Under the pieces are notes generated by a model. The model had not been told where the DNA came from. It ran no database searches and worked only from the letters and a program-made list of their open reading frames with translations. The translations under genes were made by a program, and so were the position numbers. A DNA stretch of 64,000 nt from a virus (Duplodnaviria > Caudoviricetes). Positions within the stretch are counted from its first letter, which is position 1, and each line of letters starts with the position of its first letter. Positions 57,198 to 64,000 of the stretch are shown piece after piece. The stretch is from positions 11,575 through 75,574 of the IMG/VR virus record IMGVR_UViG_3300033073_001074, one strand, 5' to 3'.

Positions 57198-58181
57198 TTA
57201 GGTGATATTAAGCAATTCTACTTGGGTTGCACATCTGGCTGTACCAAGATAGAAATCAACCGAAATTTGAGATATGTTGTTTATATTGGTGTTGTAAATA
57301 CGACACTTATTATAAAAATAATTATTTACCCAATTAGGATAAGTATACTGTCGATCTGACAATCCGCCCTTGAAATTAATTGGATATGCACCACTGCGAG
57401 ATATCATATTAGTATCAAAGAGAGGAATAACTCTATCGTTCTGATACGAAATTATATTTAATATATTTGCACAGTCTGATTCTCTATCGGCAAGTACATA
57501 AAATACAATATCAGTATTTGCCCACTGCCCACCACCAAGTTGAAACGGTTGATATGTTCTATTCGGCACAACTTCAACAAACATTGCAGGAAGCTGAATT
57601 CTAGTTTGTCCTAACTGAATCCATTCCCCAGAACCATTTAAGAAGTTATTATCTATTCTAAAGTCGTTACTTTGGATTTGACGGAAAAATGGAATACCTT
57701 CGGCTTTATCAACTTTTAACCATTTATAAGAATAGTTTAATCGAACCGTAGAAGTCGGAGGTATTGGTTGGTTAAACACAACTCTACCATCGGCGAAATC
57801 TAATCTATAGCCAGATGGGCCAGTGCCACCAATATAAGATCCAGAAGCGGGATTATATGTATATGGCAAGAACGTATTATTTACATATATTCCACTAATT
57901 TGAATGGGTTGAGTAGTTTTTGATATCCCGGTTTCCCAAACCCAATTCTCTCTAAATGTTTGCCATACTGAATACTGAGGATAGTTTGGGTCTATTGCGG
58001 GTCTCAAATCTGTTTTTTGTCCGCCATACATACCAGAGTTTGGAATAGTTACACTATTAAACCCGCCTTTATCTAGAAATCCCCAGTCGTAAAATGTCAC
58101 AAAGTTATCTAGCAATATTGTAGATAATGTTGCATCTTGGGTATTGTCGATTCCAACGAGACTGGTAACGTAATTACTCAT
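57198..58181 (-). CDS. Probable tail completion/terminator protein
   Basis: Immediately upstream of the major tail gene; C-terminal QLPAMFVEVV...TDIVFYVLAD layout typical of terminators. Confidence 0.5.
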   Translation of the reverse strand: MSNYVTSLVGIDNTQDATLSTILLDNFVTFYDWGFLDKGGFNSVTIPNSGMYGGQKTDLRPAIDPNYPQYSVWQTFRENWVWETGISKTTQPIQISGIYVNNTFLPYTYNPASGSYIGGTGPSGYRLDFADGRVVFNQPIPPTSTVRLNYSYKWLKVDKAEGIPFFRQIQSNDFRIDNNFLNGSGEWIQLGQTRIQLPAMFVEVVPNRTYQPFQLGGGQWANTDIVFYVLADRESDCANILNIISYQNDRVIPLFDTNMISRSGAYPINFKGGLSDRQYTYPNWVNNYFYNKCRIYNTNINNISQISVDFYLGTARCATQVELLNIT

Positions 58182-58807
58182 AAATGACTTCCTATCTCTT
58201 CGGAGATTCTGTCGCTATATTTTTCTAAAGCTCTTGTTATAAAATTATTATTAACTGTTCCAGAAAAAGAAGAATCTACTTTGAATACACCAAATGGTTT
58301 CATGATAGCTTGCCCAGATCTACTACTTGAAAATCCTCCATATTGCACGGAATATTCCGAGATAATTACAGAGTCACCCTGAGTAATAAGCCAAGATAAC
58401 CAAGGTAGAGTATCACCTTTTTCAGTAACCACTCTTGCAAAATCTTGTCCTAATAAATTAGAAAAGTCAGATGGCTGTATGTAAACAGATAAAACAGCCT
58501 TTGAATACGTTTTAGTCAGTTTAACGTCACGGAATATTACTTCAACAGAATTAGCAATAGCGTAAATAATATCTTGTGTAGGATCTGAATCTAGCCCGAA
58601 GTCCGCTTTTAATTTTCCATTACGCAAAGATTGAATTTCTGGGCAAGTACTAAGAGCTTCAATGACAAGATTTATAACTCCTGAATGAATTTTGGCTTTA
58701 ACTTTTTGTAATCTCGTTTTCATCTCGCCCTCCATAGCGCGAAGAATATTATTTGAGATTTTTACATCTCCATCGAGAAGTTTAATATTAAAACCATCAA
58801 GGCTCAT
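58178..58807 (-). CDS. Neck protein (gp10-like, by synteny)
   Basis: Position in the head-tail block; C-terminal FITRALEKY. Confidence 0.45.
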   Translation of the reverse strand: MSLDGFNIKLLDGDVKISNNILRAMEGEMKTRLQKVKAKIHSGVINLVIEALSTCPEIQSLRNGKLKADFGLDSDPTQDIIYAIANSVEVIFRDVKLTKTYSKAVLSVYIQPSDFSNLLGQDFARVVTEKGDTLPWLSWLITQGDSVIISEYSVQYGGFSSSRSGQAIMKPFGVFKVDSSFSGTVNNNFITRALEKYSDRISEEIGSHL

Positions 58808-59306
58808 TGTAAGTACTCCAAAATGTGACTACATATTTTTGTGGATTTTGTAAAAAACCCATAGGATAAAAATCGCTAATTCTTTGGAGTCTCTGGTTAT
58901 TATAATTATCTATATTTGGATAGTAGTGAGGAATACAGTATTTGCACTGTTGAATCTTTGCAAGATAATCTGTGCTTGCGACAATTTGTGCTGCGGCATT
59001 GGGTAATTGAACCTGTGGGCCAACTTTCACCCATTCCTTCTGAGAATAGTATATTCTTGCTTGAATATCTTCTTGAGTCGGAATCATTTTATACCCAGCG
59101 CCCTCACACCAAGGACACAAAAAACCCGATTCAAATGGGTAAGGTCCGCCGGTTTTATAGATACCATTGGACCTGAATCCGTTGTATGTGCAATTAGGGC
59201 ATTCCTCTCTAACTTCAGGATAAACCAAAGTTATAGGTCTATTCCAGATATTTACAACTGTATCATTGTAAAGATCAAATATGCCAGAGGGAATTGAGAT
59301 GCCCAT
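58797..59306 (-). CDS. Head-tail joining/closure protein with zinc finger
   Basis: CPNC...CPWCEGAGY insert in a beta-rich protein; synteny. Confidence 0.45.
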   Translation of the reverse strand: MGISIPSGIFDLYNDTVVNIWNRPITLVYPEVREECPNCTYNGFRSNGIYKTGGPYPFESGFLCPWCEGAGYKMIPTQEDIQARIYYSQKEWVKVGPQVQLPNAAAQIVASTDYLAKIQQCKYCIPHYYPNIDNYNNQRLQRISDFYPMGFLQNPQKYVVTFWSTYNEP

Positions 59307-59308
59307 AA

Positions 59309-59527
59309 TTAGTAAGGTAGTCCTGAAGGTGTTGAATAGTAGTAACGTGGACGATTAAGTCTAGTGTCTAAACGACTATAGAATTGATCAGGTGTATATC
59401 CTCTCATGACTGGAGGATTTAATGTTTTATAACCTGTTGCATTTGCCACTTGTGGCTGAAGTACAATTCGACCTTCGTGAGTTGAATATGTACCTGATAT
59501 AACATCTGATACGTCTGCATTTGCCAT
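59309..59527 (-). CDS. Hypothetical protein
   Basis: 72-aa ORF with SD AAGGA. Confidence 0.6.
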   Translation of the reverse strand: MANADVSDVISGTYSTHEGRIVLQPQVANATGYKTLNPPVMRGYTPDQFYSRLDTRLNRPRYYYSTPSGLPY

Positions 59528-59542
59528 ATTTGTTTTCCTTTA

Positions 59543-60055
59543 TTAACCAAAGAAGCCAGCACGGTAATCGATATAGCCACGGTTGGCAGTATCGGAACCC
59601 GGAGAGTATGGACCAAGAATAGATTTGCCGAAACCATATTTACCAGTTTGATACATTAATCTCATATGATCAAATTTATTAACTAGGTCTTGATAAACTA
59701 CTTTTAACCCTGCAATAATATTTGATGTATCTAACGAAGAAGCACCATCTCTAATTGAAAAACTTTGTAAAGAATATGTTTTTAGCATACTTCTATAGAT
59801 TAGAATTCCAGCTTGAATTGTGCATAAGGCAATAAAATCGTCATCTTTAGGATATGTAGTTGTAGGATCAGGATTTAATGTGCCGCTGTCTACATCAACC
59901 TGATAAGCATTAAGAAATTCAAGTTCAACCTGTAATAAATATGTAGAAGCAAGAATAGTTTCTTCTAGTCTTGAATCCGAAAATTTATAACTAGCGGGAT
60001 CAACATCATCGATGATGTGACGCAGAATTAAAACTAGCTCATTTTGCCACGCCAT
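59543..60055 (-). CDS. Head-tail adaptor-like protein
   Basis: LVLILRHIIDD...YKFSDSRLEE, typical adaptor N-terminus; synteny. Confidence 0.5.
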   Translation of the reverse strand: MAWQNELVLILRHIIDDVDPASYKFSDSRLEETILASTYLLQVELEFLNAYQVDVDSGTLNPDPTTTYPKDDDFIALCTIQAGILIYRSMLKTYSLQSFSIRDGASSLDTSNIIAGLKVVYQDLVNKFDHMRLMYQTGKYGFGKSILGPYSPGSDTANRGYIDYRAGFFG

Positions 60056-60366
60056 TATGATAGGTTCCTTATAACTTTAAATTTTTGAATATCTGTGCTA
60101 TATACATCAGTTCCAAACACAACTCTTGCTTGTATTTGCCAAGTGCCATATTGATCAAGGTCTCCGGCAACTGTTGTATATACTATGTTACCATCTATAC
60201 CATCAGTCAAAAAAACAGGTGTTACTTGTTTAAATGAGTTATCGGGTTTTTTAAATAGAACATACATCGCATCAACATTGCTTAAATCAACAGGCGTAGT
60301 ATCGCTGTCTTTAATTGTTATGCGGAATTGCGTTCCTATATCACCAACATGTATTTCAGAAGACAT
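60055..60366 (-). CDS. BppU N-terminal-like Ig domain protein
   Basis: GDIGTQFRITIKD...PVDLS...FKKPD...DGNIVYT..GDLDQYGTWQIQ. Confidence 0.7.
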   Translation of the reverse strand: MSSEIHVGDIGTQFRITIKDSDTTPVDLSNVDAMYVLFKKPDNSFKQVTPVFLTDGIDGNIVYTTVAGDLDQYGTWQIQARVVFGTDVYSTDIQKFKVIRNLS

Positions 60367-61289
60367 TATATTTTAACCCTCATAATATTTAAGGTGAAGG
60401 TTTTCGTTGTTTTATCATTCAGTATATAATACACAATATCTTGATTCTTTTGTGAAAGATTTACTATAAACCCCGCATTACCTAAAAATACTGTAGAATT
60501 AAACGCTTGGTAAACTAATTGAGGATCAAAGAAGCCTTCCGCATTTAAATTTACAGAACCATAAGTTTTAATTAAGCTATTTAATTCTAGATCAGCGGAC
60601 GGTCTAAAAATTAAATCCCCAACAGTTCTAGATAAATAATTAGTAAGAAAATTTGCTTCACCACTATACGTAACTTTTCCATCAATATAAATATTTGGAG
60701 TTAATACTATAGAGCTTTCAGGATTGATAGTTAGCGAAGGATAGAACTGTATTTTTCCAACAAGTTCCATATTTGAAACTCCTTGGAAACTTACCATATT
60801 GAAATTTTTTAGCAGGCTATCAATATTTAGTCCTGCTTCTCCATCCGCGATAGTGTTCCCATGCACTCTATTTAAGTACGTAGATAAGAATCTAGCCTCG
60901 CCAGACATGCGTAAATCGCCAAGAGTTCTAATTAGGGTTGTAGTATAAACTTTAGATTCGCCATTGAATATAGTTGTATTTCCAACCTGTATCAATGTAT
61001 CCGAATATAGCTTAGCCTCGCCCGGCATAACTGAATTTACATATGACTTAATAATTGCAGAAGAATTGACATTTCCCTCGCAATTAAATCCTATATTGCC
61101 ATAATAGTTAGTTCTAGATAGCGCGATAAGGTTTCCATTTGCATTCATATATGTTGGTGCAAATGGTATTATTTCTAATATAGGATTAAGATTTAAAAAT
61201 GAAAATCCATCTAAGCTAGCACCACCTTCTACAAGGTTCTCTTCTAGTGATGAAAATGGTGCTGCTGAGAATGGTGAATTTGAAAACAT
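60366..61289 (-). CDS. Virion protein with about 20-aa beta repeats
   Basis: Repeated G-x-h-x-h-x-G-E-A units; N-terminal FSxAPFS. Confidence 0.6.
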   Translation of the reverse strand: MFSNSPFSAAPFSSLEENLVEGGASLDGFSFLNLNPILEIIPFAPTYMNANGNLIALSRTNYYGNIGFNCEGNVNSSAIIKSYVNSVMPGEAKLYSDTLIQVGNTTIFNGESKVYTTTLIRTLGDLRMSGEARFLSTYLNRVHGNTIADGEAGLNIDSLLKNFNMVSFQGVSNMELVGKIQFYPSLTINPESSIVLTPNIYIDGKVTYSGEANFLTNYLSRTVGDLIFRPSADLELNSLIKTYGSVNLNAEGFFDPQLVYQAFNSTVFLGNAGFIVNLSQKNQDIVYYILNDKTTKTFTLNIMRVKI

Positions 61290-61291
61290 TT

Positions 61292-62098
61292 TTAGAACAG
61301 GCTAGGTTGTGGGATTTCTTTTAATCCTAAATGACTTAGGAGTCCAGAGAATGAACATACTTTACCAACAATATCATAACCAGAGATATTTGTTGATTGT
61401 GCGATATGAGTTTGCGGATCACATCTTGTATAGAACATAGTTTGTACGCCGCTAGTTGTTGTGCCGCCAGCAAGTTCTAGCACAAGAAGTTGTTGACGAG
61501 CAGTATCTGTAATGCCAGCTTGAAGACCATAATGTGTTGCTGGATTATTTCCATTTGCAGACAAAGGAATGTTAAAGGTATTGCCGGGAGCAATTACAGA
61601 AGCAAGTGCATCGTACTGAGCTTTAGCGGGTTCTAGACATACCATATCATAATCATAAACAGTTGCAGTTGCTCCGTCATCCACTGGCACATTTCCCGCG
61701 CCGCTAGCTGCAATTTCAGCTTGGCGACGAGCTAAGTCTAATTCATAAACTTTTGTATGCTCAGCCAAGAATCCACGAAGAACTCCGTTTGTAAAAACTT
61801 CTTTGCTTTCTGGATTTGGAATTATTTGAGGAGTAACTCCTGTTACTACACCTAAAATTCCACTAACGCCCTCAACAAATGGAGGAATTAATGGATCTGG
61901 CAAGCCTTCACCAATATAACCTTGCCCACTTGCAATTGGAAGAAGTCCACTATTACTTTCTACTGAGTTTGACCAATATATTAAATTTTGCCCAGCATTT
62001 GGATTTTGAACGGTGGGTTGATATCTATAATGATCACAGATAGCATCGTATACACGTTCTACTCCGCTATCTGGGATATAAATTGAAAGAATTGCCAT
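61292..62098 (-). CDS. Hypothetical virion-region protein
   Basis: 268-aa ORF with strong SD AGGAGG. Confidence 0.65.
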   Translation of the reverse strand: MAILSIYIPDSGVERVYDAICDHYRYQPTVQNPNAGQNLIYWSNSVESNSGLLPIASGQGYIGEGLPDPLIPPFVEGVSGILGVVTGVTPQIIPNPESKEVFTNGVLRGFLAEHTKVYELDLARRQAEIAASGAGNVPVDDGATATVYDYDMVCLEPAKAQYDALASVIAPGNTFNIPLSANGNNPATHYGLQAGITDTARQQLLVLELAGGTTTSGVQTMFYTRCDPQTHIAQSTNISGYDIVGKVCSFSGLLSHLGLKEIPQPSLF

Positions 62099-62123
62099 GT
62101 GCTAAGCACCTCCTTTAAAAAAA

Positions 62124-63479
62124 TTAAAGTCCGAATCTACCTCTATTAGATATATAATTATTATACACTTCTGTAGCGTTTAAAGCTCTACCTTTATATA
62201 TTTTAGCACTAGAAACTGATCCCGTTAATGCATCTTTTTGATTATTTGCATTTCCAATAGTTAAATTTGCAGTTCCATTATATATTGTTGCCATTGCAGT
62301 TGGTCCAGCAACTAACACTCCATTTTTATATAAACTAACATTAGATCCCGATTTTACGGCAACTAAATGATACCATGTATTTGTTATAAAATTAGATGAG
62401 TCAGTAACTGCCGTTTCAGTTGTTCCATTTGATGTTGTTACAAATTGAAACTTACCACTGTTTTCTTGTCGCAAAGCCCAAGAACTATTTCCAGCAACTC
62501 CATATCCACTCCATCTACCAATTATTACTCCATAGTTTACCGATGTTGAAATCATAACCCATGACTCAACAGAAAAATCACCTGAGCTAAGATCATAATT
62601 AGATGTATATGGTATGGATATTCCAGCTCCAGCAGATCCAATAGCAGCTCCTGAAAAGCTGATGTAACCTTTATTGTTTGATGAATAAGTGCAAGAGTTA
62701 TTAAGAGTTCCAAATGCTTTATTTGTTGTTAAATCTATGCTAGTATTAGGTAGTGATAGTGGCGAAGTTGGTGGAGTAAAATTAGATGTATATCTTGCAT
62801 ATTTTGTAATTCTAAAATCATCTATATAACCATCTAAATTGCCGGCATAATCAATTGGACTTCTAGGTAATTGTCTTCCTATATATAGTAACGTAGTTGG
62901 AATGCTATAAGAGCTAGTTCCACTAACAATAGATGTTCCATTTTCATATATTTTTATAGTAGTTCCTGATCTGACTACTGCTATATGCATCCATCTACCA
63001 ACTATCGAACTTGATAGCGAACCTTGTATAAAGAGTGATCCATTTAAATATAACTGTATATTTGCATTATTAGGATATACCGCTAACTGAAATCTATCTA
63101 ATGTATCATTTGAAAAATATGTGCTAAATCCATTCTGTTGACCAAATTGATTAGCATAAGTCCAAAATTCTATTGTAAAATCACCCGGAAATGAAAATAC
63201 AGTTGAATTGCTGATTGTTATATAATCAGTTTTTGCTCCACCAAACTTAATGCTTGAATTACCAACTTTTTTAATGCTTGAATCAATAGTAACTGTACCA
63301 GAAACTCCTAAAGATGCATTATTTAAACTTTTATCAGTTAAACTCTCTCCATCCAGCATTAAACTTACATTATTAACTGCAATATCTTGTCCAGCAGGAT
63401 AGCTTTTATAATTTGCAGCGTCGAAATTAAATACAAGAGATGAGTCTCTAACTATTTTAGGTCCAGCAAAATTACTCAT
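62124..63479 (-). CDS. Double LamG/concanavalin A-like domain protein
   Basis: GDFTIEFW, WMHIAVVRSG, GYIDDFRITK, then GDFSVESWV, WYHLVAV, KIYKGRALNATEV..NY. Confidence 0.85.
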   Translation of the reverse strand: MSNFAGPKIVRDSSLVFNFDAANYKSYPAGQDIAVNNVSLMLDGESLTDKSLNNASLGVSGTVTIDSSIKKVGNSSIKFGGAKTDYITISNSTVFSFPGDFTIEFWTYANQFGQQNGFSTYFSNDTLDRFQLAVYPNNANIQLYLNGSLFIQGSLSSSIVGRWMHIAVVRSGTTIKIYENGTSIVSGTSSYSIPTTLLYIGRQLPRSPIDYAGNLDGYIDDFRITKYARYTSNFTPPTSPLSLPNTSIDLTTNKAFGTLNNSCTYSSNNKGYISFSGAAIGSAGAGISIPYTSNYDLSSGDFSVESWVMISTSVNYGVIIGRWSGYGVAGNSSWALRQENSGKFQFVTTSNGTTETAVTDSSNFITNTWYHLVAVKSGSNVSLYKNGVLVAGPTAMATIYNGTANLTIGNANNQKDALTGSVSSAKIYKGRALNATEVYNNYISNRGRFGL

Positions 63480-64000
63480 AATCCAAATCTTCCTTTCAGT
63501 GCGGTGTAGTTTTGGAATATTTCACCAGATGTTAGAATTCTATTATAAACTTGAGTCGGGCCGACATTTCCATTCATTGAGCCTATAGTATTTGCACCAT
63601 TATATAATTCAACACCCAATAACCAATTTCCACTAGTTGTAGTAGCAGAGTTTACAGTTGCATTATAAGTAATTGAACTTTGATAAACTCCATTTAAATA
63701 AAAATCTGCTGAACCATTTTTGTATACACCAGCTAAATGATACCACACTCCTGTAGGAGTAGAATTTATAGAGTATGCTGTTTGAGAACCCACTCCAGCT
63801 TTCCCAACTTCTAAGGCTAATTTACTAGATGAATAAATATATGGAAATCCTAATGTAAATTCAAAATTATTTGTTAATACTGAAGCTGAAATTGCTGGTC
63901 TTCTAGCAGCTCCCGCAGTTGCAGTTGTATTCCATTTTGCCCATGCACAAACTGTAAAAGTACTGGTTGGTCCAACTGTTAAAACAGAATTAGTAACTCC
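63476..64000 (-). CDS. LamG domain protein (5'-truncated by window)
   Basis: TFTVCAWAK, WYHLAGVY, QVYNRILTSGEIFQNY...KGRFGL. Confidence 0.8.
   Translation of the reverse strand, partial: GVTNSVLTVGPTSTFTVCAWAKWNTTATAGAARRPAISASVLTNNFEFTLGFPYIYSSSKLALEVGKAGVGSQTAYSINSTPTGVWYHLAGVYKNGSADFYLNGVYQSSITYNATVNSATTTSGNWLLGVELYNGANTIGSMNGNVGPTQVYNRILTSGEIFQNYTALKGRFGL

Noticed and set aside
55039-58807. Tail sheath gene (myovirus)
   Set aside because: No ORF of sheath-like size or motif between the neck genes and the TMP; a sheath elsewhere in the genome cannot be excluded.
272-60376. Many 60-130 aa ORFs antisense to or out of frame within long genes (e.g. 272-511, 9745-10107, 11267-11725, 46826-47137, 52704-53036)
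   Set aside because: Fully nested in well-supported genes, with no motifs or RBS; typical shadow ORFs.
1-64000. CRISPR arrays, tRNA/rRNA genes, integrase or IS elements
   Set aside because: No spaced direct repeats, cloverleafs or transposase/integrase motifs were seen by eye, and intergenic space is minimal. tRNAscan or Infernal could still find something.
1-64000. Stop-codon reassignment as in some large phages
   Set aside because: Conserved enzymes are full length under code 11, and genes tile with normal TAA/TGA overlaps; no fragmentation pattern.

Overview
This window is a 64-kb, AT-rich, densely coding segment of a large tailed dsDNA phage; no host chromosomal genes are evident. The + strand arm (1-36750) carries accessory, transcription, nucleotide-metabolism, recombination and replication genes. 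These include a DUF1559 gene, papain-like peptidase/membrane cluster, sigma factor, dCMP deaminase, class II RNR, PhoH, RecA, dUTPase, DnaB, primase, dNMP kinase, Cas4-like nuclease, split DnaE with DnaQ, SSB, an 8-gene glycosylation cluster and a Rad52-like SSAP. The - strand arm (36882-64000) is a virion morphogenesis module: LamG proteins, neck genes, major tail protein, chaperones, a 2627-aa tape measure protein (TMP) and tail-tip proteins. The arms converge on a bidirectional terminator at about 36754-36783. I recognised no tail sheath gene, which suggests siphovirus morphology (inference). The DUF1559 (H-X9-DG) gene points to a Planctomycetota host (inference). The most notable observations are: (1) a modular TMP with four copies of a DTVPAMLxPGEFV motif that bracket a PD-(D/E)XK-like nuclease segment and a low-complexity segment; (2) an intein-free split DnaE with a proofreading exonuclease gene between the halves; (3) a second tail-tube paralog sitting among the metabolic genes; (4) a candidate late promoter TGTGTATA, bipartite in two cases; (5) near-consensus sigma70 promoters inside ORFs; (6) a possible peptidase-based lysis cassette; (7) a glycosylation cluster containing degenerate enzymes. 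All family assignments come from motifs read by eye; no database search was run.
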